Source of the DNA: a virus
Virus record (IMG/VR): IMGVR_UViG_3300032308_001684
Span: 1-64,000 of that record
Length of the DNA: 64,000 nt
Reading direction: 5' to 3' (one strand)
Every line of letters begins with the position of its first letter. The stretch's first letter is position 1. Position numbers and translations under genes: made by a program. Under the pieces are notes generated by a model that was not told the origin of the DNA, did no database searches, and saw only the letters and a list, made by a program, of their open reading frames with translations. This document shows positions 1-11,335 of the stretch, piece after piece.

Positions 1-4
1 AACA

Positions 5-487
5 TTGTCACTCACAGTGCCCGCCAGCGGTGCAACCAGTCGCTGGGCCGCAGAATTTTCTGCAACTGATTTGATATTGCAATCCACAGATACTTACGAA
101 ATAACCGACTTGAATCCAATTGTTGTGGAGTTTGACACACCTGTTCCTGTAAAACGAGTGGTTGTGGTCAACGATCTAAACAGCGACACTTTCTTTATCA
201 GCCAAGCAGACATTGCCACAACTACGTTTGTCACTGATATATCTGTGTCACGTCCAGTGCAGGTCAAAGTGGGCGGAACACTGGTAGAAAGCACAGAATA
301 TTCAGTATCGTCAGTTGATCCAATTGTGGTTACTTTTGTAGTTCCACCGCCTAATGGAGTAGAAGTAGAAATCTTTATCATACAGGCAAAAGTGCTGTAT
401 GCACAAGGAGTAAATTCCGCCAGTGACGGTCGTCCATTGCAAGAACAGCCTACACTGGCAGCTTGGTTTATTGAAGGTCGGGTCTAA
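5..487 (+). CDS. C-terminal part of a virion structural (baseplate/tail) protein, 5'-truncated by the window edge
   Basis: Beta-rich ORF running from the window edge into a structural gene block. Confidence 0.55.
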   Translation: MSLTVPASGATSRWAAEFSATDLILQSTDTYEITDLNPIVVEFDTPVPVKRVVVVNDLNSDTFFISQADIATTTFVTDISVSRPVQVKVGGTLVESTEYSVSSVDPIVVTFVVPPPNGVEVEIFIIQAKVLYAQGVNSASDGRPLQEQPTLAAWFIEGRV

Positions 488-496
488 TTTTTAAGG

Positions 497-502
497 TAAA
501 TA
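497..502 (+). promoter_or_regulatory. TAAATA phage late-promoter-like motif. Further copies: + 1251-1256, 1276-1281, 45180-45185; - 30587-30592, 40855-40860, 51772-51777, 53860-53865, 60578-60583, 60808-60813, 61314-61319
   Basis: Resembles the T4 late promoter TATAAATA and recurs in intergenic gaps, usually a few nt before start codons. Confidence 0.55.
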
Positions 503-507
503 ATTTC

Positions 508-654
508 ATGCAAGAAAACACTGAAAAATCACAACAAACAACTCAACCTCAGCCCACAGCCAAACCCAATGATCGTGCTGGTTTTGCTGTGATGGGGCAT
601 GTGAAAATCTTTGACCCTAACACCAAAACGGTTTATGTGGAGACTCGAGGATGA
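508..654 (+). CDS. Small 48-aa protein MQENTEKSQQ...GHVKIFDPNTKTVYVETRG (absent from ORF track)
   Basis: Translated by hand; follows TAAATA; stop overlaps next ATG; shares G.VKIFDP with the next protein. Confidence 0.65.
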   Translation: MQENTEKSQQTTQPQPTAKPNDRAGFAVMGHVKIFDPNTKTVYVETRG

Positions 655-1253
655 TGCATGTACCTGTAAAAATTGAAGGTTTTGTCAAGATCTTTGACCC
701 GATCACTCAAGAGATATTTGTGGACAAAAAGAATGCCATACATTACGAAAACATTTCTGTGAGCATGGCCAACACTCTAGCCAATAAAAATATTGGTCAA
801 ATCTATGTCATGGCATTTGGTAATGGCGGAAGCAGTGTGGATCCCACAGGAGTAATCACATATTTGCCTCCCAATACAACGGGTCAAAATGCCGACCTGT
901 ACAATCCAACCTATGCCAAAGTGGTTGATAACAATTCGTCGGCCAACACAGATCCCAGCAGAAACAATCTCACAGTGTTGCATACCACAGGTCGTGTATA
1001 CACAGACATACTGGTCAGTTGCTTGTTGGATTACGGCGAACCAGCTGGTCAGCAGGCCTTTGATAATTCCACCAATTTCAACGGTGAATATGTGTTTGAT
1101 GAGCTGGGGTTAAAAACCTGGAACGGCAGTCCTACTGATTTACGGTTGATTACTCATGTGATTTTTCACCCAGTACAAAAGAGCTTGAACCGTCAAATAC
1201 AGATTGATTACACAGTGCGGATACAAACACTCACTAATTTGAGTGCCGCATAA
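651..1253 (+). CDS. Virion structural protein (baseplate/tail-fibre-collar-like)
   Basis: Context and the 'FDELGL...LITHVIFHPVQKSLNR.IQIDYTVRI' C-terminus, similar to tail-collar proteins. Confidence 0.6.
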   Translation: MMHVPVKIEGFVKIFDPITQEIFVDKKNAIHYENISVSMANTLANKNIGQIYVMAFGNGGSSVDPTGVITYLPPNTTGQNADLYNPTYAKVVDNNSSANTDPSRNNLTVLHTTGRVYTDILVSCLLDYGEPAGQQAFDNSTNFNGEYVFDELGLKTWNGSPTDLRLITHVIFHPVQKSLNRQIQIDYTVRIQTLTNLSAA

Positions 1254-1304
1254 ATATGAGTAGATTACGATATGATAAATATCTCTAAAGCGGAGTAGAA
1301 AAGA

Positions 1305-2738
1305 ATGGCATATACAATAAACTTAACTGATGGTACAATTTTTGCGGTAATAGCAGACGGTACTATTAACACTGATTCTAGCATGACCCTAGTGGGTAAA
1401 AACTATGCTGGTTACGGTGAATTCTTGGATGAAAACTTCATTCACTTGTTGGAAAGCGGTAGCAATACTACTGCGCCAGGGGATCCACTGGTGGGCCAAC
1501 TTTGGTGGGATAAGACCAATGGTCTAATGAAAGTGTACAACGGAACAGCTTTCAAAGTTATTTCAGCTGCCACTGCCAGCGCATCCGCTCCTACTTCCAA
1601 CGTGACCGGTGATCTTTGGTTTGACACAGTCAACGCACAGCTCAAAGTTTACAATGGCGCCAGTTTTATTCTAGTAGGCCCAGCATTTACATCAGGCACA
1701 GGTACATCAGGTGCCATTGTTGATACCATAACAGATACATCCCCGGGTGCTGATCACGTGGTGGTCAAGATATTTGTCAACAACACTATCGTTTCTATAT
1801 TTTCCAAAGACGCAACATTTACTCCTGCTGCCGCACTGTCAGGCTTTAGTACCATCAGTCCTGGCTTAAACATGAGCACCACAGTGGCTGGTGCAGTGTT
1901 CAAAGGTACTGCGACCAACGCTGATACATTGGATAGTCTTGACAGCACTGCATTCATGCGCAGTAACACCAATACATCAACTACAGGAACATTGAGCATT
2001 CTCAATGACACAGGTCTTTATGTTGGTGGCGACAGTGATGGACGTTTGTTTGTCACAGGCACAGATGTATATTTGCGCAATCAAACGCAAGACGGCGATT
2101 TAATATTCCAGGTCAACGATGGTGGGTCAACAACTACCTGCATGACCATTGACGGTGCAACTTCAAACGTCAATATTAACACTAACCTAGTGGTTTCTGG
2201 CTTGATTGCAGCCACCGGAAACTCAGTTAACTTTGGCACAGCCTCTGTTTCTTTGGGCAACATTATCAACAACAATGCCAACGGCGTTGGCAACATTGGT
2301 AGCTCAAGCACATATTTCAACACAATATTTGCCAAGGCCACATCAGCAGAATACGCTGACTTAGCCGAACGCTTTGAAGCAGATGCCGCATACCCTCCAG
2401 GTACTGTGGTCATGCTAGGCGGAGAGAAAGAAATCACAGCCGCAATGGAAGAAGCCACCGAAGAAGTGTTTGGTGTTATCAGTACCAGACCAGCATATAC
2501 TATGAATGGTGCAGCCGGCGACAATGACACACATCCACCCATTGCAATGACAGGACGTGTTCCTGTGTTGGTCATTGGACAAGTTCGCAAAGGTGATCGA
2601 TTGATCAGTGCAGGCAACGGGTTGGCCAGAGCGGCACGCCAGGGCGAAGCTACAGCGTTCAACGTCATTGGACGTGCTCTTACATCTAAGACTTCCAGTG
2701 ATGAAGGAACCGTTGAAGCCATTGTGACCATTAACTAA
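1305..2738 (+). CDS. Tail fibre-like protein with a C-terminal chaperone/autocleavage-type domain
   Basis: Repeated G(Q/D)LW(W/F)D...(L/M)KVYNG motifs, T/S/G-rich body, YADLAERF...GRVPV C-terminal domain. Confidence 0.7.
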   Translation: MAYTINLTDGTIFAVIADGTINTDSSMTLVGKNYAGYGEFLDENFIHLLESGSNTTAPGDPLVGQLWWDKTNGLMKVYNGTAFKVISAATASASAPTSNVTGDLWFDTVNAQLKVYNGASFILVGPAFTSGTGTSGAIVDTITDTSPGADHVVVKIFVNNTIVSIFSKDATFTPAAALSGFSTISPGLNMSTTVAGAVFKGTATNADTLDSLDSTAFMRSNTNTSTTGTLSILNDTGLYVGGDSDGRLFVTGTDVYLRNQTQDGDLIFQVNDGGSTTTCMTIDGATSNVNINTNLVVSGLIAATGNSVNFGTASVSLGNIINNNANGVGNIGSSSTYFNTIFAKATSAEYADLAERFEADAAYPPGTVVMLGGEKEITAAMEEATEEVFGVISTRPAYTMNGAAGDNDTHPPIAMTGRVPVLVIGQVRKGDRLISAGNGLARAARQGEATAFNVIGRALTSKTSSDEGTVEAIVTIN

Positions 2739-2749
2739 GGGATTAAATT

Positions 2750-3727
2750 ATGGCGTATTCAACCGGTTCAGTAATATTAGACGACGATTATAATATCTTT
2801 GCCACAGGCAACGCTGCCGGCACAGGTGACAACAACGTTGCAAACGTCAACACTGTGTGGGGCGTAGGCAACACTGACAAAGGATATGGGCAAACAACTC
2901 TTCCTGTGTTGAGTGCTGTGACCGCAGGGCAAACAGTTACCGCCACACAATGGGCTACCATGCTCAATCGTATTTCCAGTTCTGCCAGCCAGCAAGGTTC
3001 ATCAATCACTCCTATTACCAATCCAGTAGCAGGCAACACAATCAGTGCCTATGCCGCGCTGTCAACCAACATTACCACGATCTTCAACAATCGTTTGAAT
3101 TGTGCGGCTGTTGGTACATCGATCACATCAGGCGGTGCAGTGAGTCGTACCACAAGCTGGACATCCTCGGTGACATTTACACAGACCTTTACATTTGCAT
3201 CCGGTGATGCCGCACGTTATTTCTTCAATTCGGGTGGAAGAATCACGCTGAGCTACAGCCGAACAGGCGGCAGCTCCACTGATCAAAACACAGCTATCAG
3301 TAACTTGTTGACTGCTTGTGGAACTATCAATATCACAGCAGGCACAGGCACACAGACCATTGCAGGCGGAAGTTACACTGGAACAACCAAAACTGGTGGT
3401 TCAGGATCACCCACAGTGGCCACAACCACAGGCTACTATGATTTTACCACATCCAACGTGCAAGTGTTTACACAGTCGGCTAGTTCTTACTATGGATACG
3501 AAGGCAACTCATTGACTGTCAACGTACGAACCAACGGTGCACAAGGTGCCAACGGTGACACAGGTTCCGTTATTACCATTGCTTCCACAGTGGCCAAACC
3601 AGGTGGATTGACCACAGTTGATGGCACGTTGACTGCTACGAGCACTTTAGTTCCAAGTGGTACAACCTATTTGACAACTACCAGCTGGGGAACTCCTACA
3701 CTGTCAGGATCACAATCTGGATCATAA
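2750..3727 (+). CDS. Thr/Ser/Gly-rich virion structural protein
   Basis: Composition and position after the tail fibre; followed by a terminator. Confidence 0.6.
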   Translation: MAYSTGSVILDDDYNIFATGNAAGTGDNNVANVNTVWGVGNTDKGYGQTTLPVLSAVTAGQTVTATQWATMLNRISSSASQQGSSITPITNPVAGNTISAYAALSTNITTIFNNRLNCAAVGTSITSGGAVSRTTSWTSSVTFTQTFTFASGDAARYFFNSGGRITLSYSRTGGSSTDQNTAISNLLTACGTINITAGTGTQTIAGGSYTGTTKTGGSGSPTVATTTGYYDFTTSNVQVFTQSASSYYGYEGNSLTVNVRTNGAQGANGDTGSVITIASTVAKPGGLTTVDGTLTATSTLVPSGTTYLTTTSWGTPTLSGSQSGS

Positions 3728-3746
3728 TTGAGCAAATTGCTCAAAT

Positions 3747-3774
3747 AAAAAGGGCCTCCGGGCCCTTTTATTTT
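3747..3774 (+). terminator. Intrinsic terminator (probably bidirectional)
   Basis: AAAAGGGCC-TCCG-GGCCCTTTT followed by a T-rich tract. Confidence 0.85.
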
Positions 3775-3799
3775 GCTACATACTCTGTTATAATGGAGT

Positions 3800-4114
3800 A
3801 TGAACTTGAACCCAGATCAACTAGTAAAAGAGATCAAAAATCGTTTTGATCACGCAACACAAAAAAGACTGCTCAAAGAAAAATATCATTCTAAGATGAT
3901 GTTTGCTTATAAAGGTGGAATGTGGCGAGCCGGACCGGAACTCAACGCCATGATATTCACTTGCGGCCGCATGGGCGAAACAGTGCTTCCAGATCTATAC
4001 GATAATCCTATAAAAATAGATACTCAAGAGCTGATGGCTCTCAGCCAGGAAAGATGGAACGAACAAATGAATGCCTGGCATATCGAGCATGAAGAATTGT
4101 CGAAACAAAGATGA
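3800..4114 (+). CDS. Hypothetical protein, possibly tail-fibre assembly related
   Basis: RBS-like GGAG upstream; coupled to the next gene. Confidence 0.55.
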   Translation: MNLNPDQLVKEIKNRFDHATQKRLLKEKYHSKMMFAYKGGMWRAGPELNAMIFTCGRMGETVLPDLYDNPIKIDTQELMALSQERWNEQMNAWHIEHEELSKQR

Positions 4115-4932
4115 CAAAAGGTGCTGTTTTATTTGCGTTTAACAATGACCAAGTTGACTATGTGAGTCAAGCACAGTGGTCTGCGCCTCGCATAAACAGA
4201 CATCTGAATTTGCCAGTAACTCTAGTCACAGATGTCATGCCCACTGATACATCAATGTTTGATCAAGTTGTGTTGCGTGAAAGTCGAAGTGGGGGCACTC
4301 GCAAATATGATCACATGAATGCTGATTCCAGTGCCACTTGGTTCAACAGAGGACGCTGTCGCGCATATGATGTCACACCTTACAACGAAACATTGGTGTT
4401 GGACACAGACTACATTGTGGCCAGTGACCGATTAAAAATATTGTTTGAATCTGGACAAGATTTATTGTGCCATAGATATGTGTTAGATGTCACTGATCGT
4501 AGAAATTTTGCCAGCGACACACGGTTTGGCAATGTTGAAATGCCCATGTGGTGGGCCACAGTTTTGTATTTTAAAAAAAGCGCATTGGCGCAGTCTGTGT
4601 TCAACATGATGGACATGATTGAGACCAACTGGTATCATTACAGTAGACTTTACAAGTTCAGTCAGGACCTGTACCGCAACGATTATGCCATAAGCATTGC
4701 ATTGAACACAGTGTATGGGCATAGTCCCGACAGCATTCCAGATATACCTTGGCCGCTGTTTACTAGCTTTTACGATGTGTATCTCAATCAGTTAGAAGAA
4801 GATGCGTTTAAATTAAATTATGTTCGCACAGTTGATAATCAACAGCGTCACCAGTACATGATACTGAAAGATCAAGACCTTCATGTCATGAACAAACCCG
4901 ACCTAGGAAAAATCTGTGGCAGTGTTATTTGA
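4111..4932 (+). CDS. Glycosyltransferase-like protein (GT-A fold)
   Basis: 'ETLVLDTDYIV' DxD motif, GT8-like layout. Confidence 0.6.
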   Translation: MTKGAVLFAFNNDQVDYVSQAQWSAPRINRHLNLPVTLVTDVMPTDTSMFDQVVLRESRSGGTRKYDHMNADSSATWFNRGRCRAYDVTPYNETLVLDTDYIVASDRLKILFESGQDLLCHRYVLDVTDRRNFASDTRFGNVEMPMWWATVLYFKKSALAQSVFNMMDMIETNWYHYSRLYKFSQDLYRNDYAISIALNTVYGHSPDSIPDIPWPLFTSFYDVYLNQLEEDAFKLNYVRTVDNQQRHQYMILKDQDLHVMNKPDLGKICGSVI

Positions 4933-5746
4933 ACGAGGATATCTTATCATGGCCAGTAACAATGGTCGTGATGACTATGTAGCCTGTGCCAGAGCATTGG
5001 CCAAGAGTCTACGATGGTGGATGCCCGACTGCAAGATTTGTTTGGTCACAGACTCGCCAGAATCAGACCCAGTGTTTGACATTGTCAAAACATTTCCATT
5101 TGGAGATCAAGATCCCAATGGAGATTGGAAGTTAATCAATGATTGGCAAGCCTTTCATGCCAGTCCTTTTAGAGAAACCATCAAACTTGAAGCAGACATG
5201 ATCATTGTCAACGACATTTCACATTGGTGGTCATGGTTTGAACATCGCGATGTTGTGATCAGTCAAGGTATCAAAAACTATTTCAATCATGCCAGTGACT
5301 GTAGAGCGTATCGTAGATTGTTTGATGACAACGAGTTACCCGATGTGTACAATGCAATAACTTACTGGCGGTTGAGCAAAACATCAGCGGAATTTTTTCA
5401 TTTGGTGCGACAGTGTTTTGAACAATGGCCCACAGTGAGACAAACATTGAAATACTGTGATAGCTTGCCTGCCAACACTGATATGATCTACGCCATGGCA
5501 GCCAAGTACATGGGTGTTGAAAATGTAACTGTGCCCACAGCCTGGCCTACAATCACACACATGAAACCTGCTGTAAATTTTTTAAAAACTGACGCTCGTC
5601 CGTGGACCACGGAATTTGTATGGGAACTTGACAACGGGCACTTGCGTATCAACACTGTCGAACAACATGATGCAGTACATTATCATGAAAAAATCTTTGC
5701 GAAAGAACTAGAACAACACTATGACAAACTTTTGGCAAGCCGTTGA
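4916..5746 (+). CDS. Glycosyltransferase-like protein (GT-A fold), paralogue of the previous gene
   Basis: 'SPFRETIKLEADMII' motif. Confidence 0.6.
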   Translation: MAVLFERGYLIMASNNGRDDYVACARALAKSLRWWMPDCKICLVTDSPESDPVFDIVKTFPFGDQDPNGDWKLINDWQAFHASPFRETIKLEADMIIVNDISHWWSWFEHRDVVISQGIKNYFNHASDCRAYRRLFDDNELPDVYNAITYWRLSKTSAEFFHLVRQCFEQWPTVRQTLKYCDSLPANTDMIYAMAAKYMGVENVTVPTAWPTITHMKPAVNFLKTDARPWTTEFVWELDNGHLRINTVEQHDAVHYHEKIFAKELEQHYDKLLASR

Positions 5747-6068
5747 GGCGCACGATTGGACACCACCGGAGCTGAAACTTGAGTTCCGACTTTACTATGA
5801 CGATCAAGGACGAGTTCTTTATTACAGCATGGAAGACTTGCCCGGAACCTACATCACAGTGGACAGGCATATCTTTGAACAGCATCGATTTGATATAAGA
5901 ATCAAAGATGGAAAAATAATAAAACAAAATCATCCATCAAGTTGGAAATTGGTACCCAGTGACACTGCCAGCTACAGTTGTCACGCAAACGATGTTTCTA
6001 TAGTTGTGCCGGAAACATATGAAAACAAACAACATTGGAAAGTAGAAACCACACATGAAGCAGATTGA
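5721..6068 (+). CDS. Hypothetical protein
   Basis: Overlapping ORF within the operon. Confidence 0.6.
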   Translation: MTNFWQAVEAHDWTPPELKLEFRLYYDDQGRVLYYSMEDLPGTYITVDRHIFEQHRFDIRIKDGKIIKQNHPSSWKLVPSDTASYSCHANDVSIVVPETYENKQHWKVETTHEAD

Positions 6069-6984
6069 CATAGCAGACTTAGATTGCATTTATCTTTCAT
6101 ACGATGAGCCACAAAAAGAAGAATTTTGGGTACGCATCAAAAACATGGTACCTTGGGCCAAACGTGTGGATGGAGTCAAAGGCAGCGATGCCGCACACAA
6201 GGCTGCCGCTGATGTCAGTGATACAGAACGTTTTATCCTTATTGATGGCGACAATTTGCCCGACGAAAAGTTTTTTAACTTGACACTGGAATACCACAAT
6301 GACGATTGGGAGCATGCTGTGTATCGCTGGCGTGCTAAAAATCATATCAACGGGTTGATGTATGGCAACGGTGGCCTCAGTAGCTGGACCCGAGAATTTG
6401 TGTTGAATATGAAAACGCATGAAGCCACAGATGGCCGCACAGAAACAGAAGTGGAGTTTTGTTTTGATCCGCTGTACTGGCCCATGCATGATTGTTATTC
6501 GACCACATACCCTAACGGATCACCTTTCCATGCGTGGCGGGCAGGATTCCGAGAAGGTGTCAAGATGTGTTTGAATCGTGGACGTAAACCCACAGTTGTT
6601 GAATTCAAAGAACAAGTACACAAACGCAATTTTGATCACTTGTCAATTTGGCACAATGTAGGCAGTGATGTAGAAAATGGATTCTGGGCCATAGCCGGAG
6701 CACGTCAAGGAACATATATGACCATGCTTAGTGAATGGGACTACAGAGAAGTACAGAACTTTGATTGTTTAAAAAATATTTGGGACGCAGTGGCAGCTCC
6801 TCGTGAACCAGCGGACCTTATTGATCAATACCATGAGCCGTTGTTGACACAGTTAGGACTGCCTATGGCATTTATGCCCCCGTTTCAGAGTGCATTCTTC
6901 AAAGATCATTATCGTAGCAATTGGCACAACCGTGGTGTTATGACTAGAGAAATGGATGTAATTCGGAGTCAAGAGGGATGGTAA
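6055..6984 (+). CDS. Glycosyltransferase-like protein (phage family with 'AWRAGFREGVK' motif)
   Basis: 'FILIDGDN' DxD motif; related to the C-terminus of 24247..25848. Confidence 0.55.
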   Translation: MKQIDIADLDCIYLSYDEPQKEEFWVRIKNMVPWAKRVDGVKGSDAAHKAAADVSDTERFILIDGDNLPDEKFFNLTLEYHNDDWEHAVYRWRAKNHINGLMYGNGGLSSWTREFVLNMKTHEATDGRTETEVEFCFDPLYWPMHDCYSTTYPNGSPFHAWRAGFREGVKMCLNRGRKPTVVEFKEQVHKRNFDHLSIWHNVGSDVENGFWAIAGARQGTYMTMLSEWDYREVQNFDCLKNIWDAVAAPREPADLIDQYHEPLLTQLGLPMAFMPPFQSAFFKDHYRSNWHNRGVMTREMDVIRSQEGW

Positions 6985-7964
6985 ATGTTAGAGTGATATC
7001 TAGTGATTGCAAAGTTTGGAATCGAGATCAAGTTATTGTAGAAATCGGCCATGCTATGTCTATCAATGAAGATATCACTGTGGATCTCATAAGCGAAGGT
7101 CCTTGTTTCACTTCGCTGGATCTAACCCAGTTGATTTCTCAGATGAGATCGTTGTATAATTATCAAAAAGATATATCGGTAAAAACTTGTAACCTCTCTC
7201 AACAAACATGCGACGGATTTCAATTTGATATTGAGCCTCCTATGCACTTTGTAACAAATACCAAAAATAAGTTATCGGAAAATATTCAGGTAAAACACAT
7301 CACAAAAAAGTTTGGATTGTTTGTTGGTAGAGCCAACGCACCTCGGCTTGACTTATCTAGTTATATTTGGAAAAATCACAGAGAAGATGCTGTGATGACC
7401 TATCATTTTGATATAGAGATAGATTATCACAGAAACAATATTGGATTAGACGATTTGGTTAGATGGCAAAACACCAAAGATTTACACGACGCAGTTGATT
7501 TAATAAAGTCATCGCCGTTGAAGTTTGAGGAAGTAAAATATCCTATACTCATGGATCAACACTGCAATATCAGTTGTTTGTCAAATGATTTTCTAATAGA
7601 AATAGTGTGCGAAACATATTACACTGGAAAAACTTTCTTTCCTACAGAAAAAATATGGAGGCCGATCATGTCTGGATCTCCGTTTATTGTGCAAGGACCA
7701 AAGTATTTTTTACATAAACTAAGAGACCTTGGATTCAAGACGTTTGAAAGATGGTGGGACGAAGGTTACGGCGAAGATCCAGCTGCCTGGCAAATAACAG
7801 AAATAAAAAAAGTGCTAGATTATGTTGCTTCTTTTGATTACGATACTATACAACAATGGTATCGTGAAATGACTCCGTCATTAGATCATAATCGCAAAAG
7901 ATTTTTAGAGCTAAACAAAGAGGATTTATCCTCAATCTACAAGGATTTATCAAAGTATGATTGA
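6978..7964 (+). CDS. Glycosyltransferase-like protein (GT10/fucosyltransferase-like C-terminus)
   Basis: 'EIVCET...FPTEKIWRPI...PFIV...LRDLGFKTF' motif. Confidence 0.5.
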   Translation: MVNVRVISSDCKVWNRDQVIVEIGHAMSINEDITVDLISEGPCFTSLDLTQLISQMRSLYNYQKDISVKTCNLSQQTCDGFQFDIEPPMHFVTNTKNKLSENIQVKHITKKFGLFVGRANAPRLDLSSYIWKNHREDAVMTYHFDIEIDYHRNNIGLDDLVRWQNTKDLHDAVDLIKSSPLKFEEVKYPILMDQHCNISCLSNDFLIEIVCETYYTGKTFFPTEKIWRPIMSGSPFIVQGPKYFLHKLRDLGFKTFERWWDEGYGEDPAAWQITEIKKVLDYVASFDYDTIQQWYREMTPSLDHNRKRFLELNKEDLSSIYKDLSKYD

Positions 7965-9384
7965 TCAGAACAAAGGTGATGAAGTCTCAACAGATTTCAA
8001 ATCTAAATTTCTCAGCGATGCAGAAATAATGAAGCAACGTCTGGACTCTGTTAGTCCCAGCATGTGCTTGGCCAAATGGAAACAGGTTAGTCTACATTTG
8101 ACCACAGGCCACACAAACTCATGTTATCATCCCCCTTTACACAAAATCCGTATGGAAGATATTCAACGAGCACCGTCGGGCATTCATAACACCGAACATA
8201 AAAAACAACAGAGAAAGTTAATGTTAGAAGGCACCCGTCCGGGAGAATGTCAATACTGCTGGACCATGGAAGACAACGGCAAGCTCAGTGATCGTCATTA
8301 TCGTAGTGGCGAGCCTTGGGCCGCCAAAGATTTTACAAAGATTGTGTCAGCGCCCTGGGACCAGGATATATTACCTAGCTATGTTGAAGTAAACTTCAAC
8401 TCAGCCTGTAATCTAAAATGTAGTTATTGTAGCCCACAGTTTAGTTCTAGTTGGATGGACGAAGCCGACCGTCTAGGTGCTTTCCCTACATCAACCCCAC
8501 ACAACGACCCTGCGTATTTTACAGGCGAACGCAGACCCATTCCCAATAGAGAAGATAATCCTTATGTGGATGCTTTTTGGACTTGGTGGCCGGATCTTTA
8601 TCCAGAACTGGAACATTTCCGCATGACCGGTGGCGAGCCCTTGTTGGACAAGAATACCTATCGTGTGTTTGATTATGTGCTGGCCAATCCTAAACCAGAT
8701 CTACATTTGAATGTGACCAGTAACTTCAGCGTGGATGAAAAGTCGTGGCAAAAGTATTTGGGTTATGTCAAGCAGTTGTGTGAAGACGAAAAGATTGAAC
8801 ACTTTATGCAGTATGTCAGCCTGGATGCATGGGGTGATCAAGCAGAGTATATTCGCAACGGACTAGACTTTGAACTACTGTGGAAACGAGTCAACCAGTT
8901 CTTGACTGAAGTTCCTGGACGGTCTAGTATCACATTTATTGTTACAATGAATAATCTTTCAGTGATCAGCTTCCAGGATCTCATGATTGCTATATTAGGA
9001 CTACGACAAACATACTCGAAAACCTATCAACGTGTGTGGTTTGATACACCTGTATTGCGTACACCTTCATGGCAGAGTATGCAACTGTTGCCCGAAAGCT
9101 ATGCTGACAGGTTGGAATCTACATGGAGATGGATGATGACGAATCTTGAAACAGAACAAACACGATTTAAAGGTTTCAAAGATTACGAGCTCAGCCGTCT
9201 GGACAGAGACATTGTCTGGATGCGTGATGGTGCCAAACTAGATCCTGCCTATGTGCGTAGACAACAAGCAGATTTCTATAGATTTTTCAATGAACATGAT
9301 GGTAGACGCGGCACAGATTTTTTAAAGACTTTTCCAGAAATGGGTGAGTGGTGGGCAGGTTGCAGACACTGGAGTACACAATGA
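7957..9384 (+). CDS. Radical SAM enzyme with N-terminal Cys-rich twitch/SPASM-like region
   Basis: CNLKCSYC (CxxxCxxC), TGGEP, CQYC. Confidence 0.9.
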   Translation: MIDQNKGDEVSTDFKSKFLSDAEIMKQRLDSVSPSMCLAKWKQVSLHLTTGHTNSCYHPPLHKIRMEDIQRAPSGIHNTEHKKQQRKLMLEGTRPGECQYCWTMEDNGKLSDRHYRSGEPWAAKDFTKIVSAPWDQDILPSYVEVNFNSACNLKCSYCSPQFSSSWMDEADRLGAFPTSTPHNDPAYFTGERRPIPNREDNPYVDAFWTWWPDLYPELEHFRMTGGEPLLDKNTYRVFDYVLANPKPDLHLNVTSNFSVDEKSWQKYLGYVKQLCEDEKIEHFMQYVSLDAWGDQAEYIRNGLDFELLWKRVNQFLTEVPGRSSITFIVTMNNLSVISFQDLMIAILGLRQTYSKTYQRVWFDTPVLRTPSWQSMQLLPESYADRLESTWRWMMTNLETEQTRFKGFKDYELSRLDRDIVWMRDGAKLDPAYVRRQQADFYRFFNEHDGRRGTDFLKTFPEMGEWWAGCRHWSTQ

Positions 9385-10319
9385 AACGTATTTTAGTTAC
9401 TGGTGGCGCAGGGTTTATCGGCAGTCATCTATGTAAAAATCTATTAGATGCTGGCAATCAAGTGTATTGTCTTGACAACTTTTTTACTGGACATAAAAAA
9501 AATATAGCAAACATACAACACAACAGAAACTTTTCCTTGATTGAACACGATGTAAAAGAAAAGTTTTTTATTGATGTTGATGAAATCTATAACTTGGCGT
9601 GTCCAGCCAGCCCAAAAAACTATCAAATTGACCCAGTGGATACTATACAGACTTGTGTGCTAGGAGCAATCAATGTTCTTGCGTTGGCCAAAAGCTGTGA
9701 CGCAAAAATACTACAAACCAGCACATCCGAAGTGTACGGAGACCCGTTGCTTTCTCCGCAGACCGAAGAATATTGGGGCAATGTTAATCCTCTTGGTCCG
9801 CGAAGTTGTTACGACGAAGGCAAGCGTTGTGCTGAGAGTTTGTTTATAAACTATCACAAAGAATACAATACACAAATAAAAATTGCTAGAATCTTCAATA
9901 CATTTGGTCCAAACCTCTCTGTCGACGACGGCCGGGTGATCAGCAATTTTATAGTACAATCTCTACTAGGACAAGACATCACCATCTATGGAACTGGAGA
10001 GCAAACAAGAAGTTTTTGCTATGTTGACGACACTGTGAGAGGACTGATAGCATTGATGGAAACAGATAGATCTGTCACTGGACCAGTAAACATTGGGAAT
10101 CCCCAAGAATTCAGTGTCAACGAAATAGCAAATAAGATTATTAATCTAACAGGATCATTGAGCAAAATTATTTTTTGTGAAAATCAAATTGACGATCCAA
10201 AGCGTCGACTGCCTGACATAACCAAAGCAATAGAGCTTTTGTCCTGGCAGCCCGAGGTTTCTCTAGATGTTGGCTTGCTCAAAACTATCAATTATTTCAA
10301 GGAAGTGCTATGTCTTTGA
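9381..10319 (+). CDS. UDP-glucuronate decarboxylase (UDP-xylose synthase)-like SDR
   Basis: [29 protein letters not shown]; start placed at MKRILVTGG. Confidence 0.85.
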   Translation: MKRILVTGGAGFIGSHLCKNLLDAGNQVYCLDNFFTGHKKNIANIQHNRNFSLIEHDVKEKFFIDVDEIYNLACPASPKNYQIDPVDTIQTCVLGAINVLALAKSCDAKILQTSTSEVYGDPLLSPQTEEYWGNVNPLGPRSCYDEGKRCAESLFINYHKEYNTQIKIARIFNTFGPNLSVDDGRVISNFIVQSLLGQDITIYGTGEQTRSFCYVDDTVRGLIALMETDRSVTGPVNIGNPQEFSVNEIANKIINLTGSLSKIIFCENQIDDPKRRLPDITKAIELLSWQPEVSLDVGLLKTINYFKEVLCL

Positions 10320-11332
10320 AATTCATTGGCACAGGATTCCCAGTCAGCCACGATTATGGAGTTGAAGAAAGACAATGCTGGGCTAGTATATCTCAACAGA
10401 TACAAGAAAAATTTCCTGATCAAAAAAATCTATTGATCAGTCTTACTTGGTTTGGACCCCAGTTTGATAATGATGGCTGGAGTGATCTAATTGCTTTAAA
10501 AAACCAGCAAGAAGAATTTGACAATCTATTCTTAGTAGCCACCGTTGATCCTTCCTACCTAAACGTAACAGAACTACAAGAAGTCAAAAACTTAGCAAAT
10601 GCTCTGTGTGTATACTATCTTGGAAATTTTGATGGGCCACATCAGTTCAACTTTTTTGCTCCAGTGATTGCAGAAAAGTTTACTAGATATTCAGACGAGG
10701 AGATATTACTACAAAATTTAAAGCATCTTTATGTAAACTACAATCGTAAACCCAAATCTCATAGAGTTAATTTTGTACAAAAACTAAAAAATGAAAATCT
10801 TTTCTCTGACGGTGTGGTTACATTAGGAAAGGAAAAAGAGTCTGACCCTTATATCAGTATTGGGGAAACACACGAGAAGTATCTTGAATTGGGCAATAAA
10901 CCTGATGTTTGGAGCTTTGGAATACCGCAGGACTATTACAGTTTGCATAACATGGATGTGTGGAAACATACTTTTCTCTACATCAATGCAGCCACAGAGT
11001 TTGATCCATTGAACGATTTATTTTGTCAACAAGACACTTTCAAACCCATGATAGGACTCAGGCCATTTGTGATCAACGGTGTGCAACGTACCTATCGGTG
11101 GTTAAGAAACAATGGATTCAGAACGTTCAATCATTATTGGCCGCACATTGACATAGAGCACGGTGATGTACACGATACTTTGATAGAACTGGTCAAATTT
11201 TTGAAAGAGCAATCGCCAGATGAACTATTGCACATGTATCAAGACATGTTGCCAGATTTACGTTTTAATCAGCAAAGATTTTATGAATTCGCTCAAGAAC
11301 AGCAATACAAAATTCAACACCTATTTGACTAA
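10310..11332 (+). CDS. Glycosyltransferase-like protein (GT10-like paralogue)
   Basis: '[15 protein letters not shown]...LRNNGFRTF' motif. Confidence 0.45.
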   Translation: MSLKFIGTGFPVSHDYGVEERQCWASISQQIQEKFPDQKNLLISLTWFGPQFDNDGWSDLIALKNQQEEFDNLFLVATVDPSYLNVTELQEVKNLANALCVYYLGNFDGPHQFNFFAPVIAEKFTRYSDEEILLQNLKHLYVNYNRKPKSHRVNFVQKLKNENLFSDGVVTLGKEKESDPYISIGETHEKYLELGNKPDVWSFGIPQDYYSLHNMDVWKHTFLYINAATEFDPLNDLFCQQDTFKPMIGLRPFVINGVQRTYRWLRNNGFRTFNHYWPHIDIEHGDVHDTLIELVKFLKEQSPDELLHMYQDMLPDLRFNQQRFYEFAQEQQYKIQHLFD

Positions 11333-11335
11333 GCT

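Noticed and set aside
2081-2731. 216-aa antisense ORF inside the tail fibre gene, and similar shadow ORFs elsewhere
   Set aside because: Explained by codon bias of the sense gene; no RBS or recognisable motifs.
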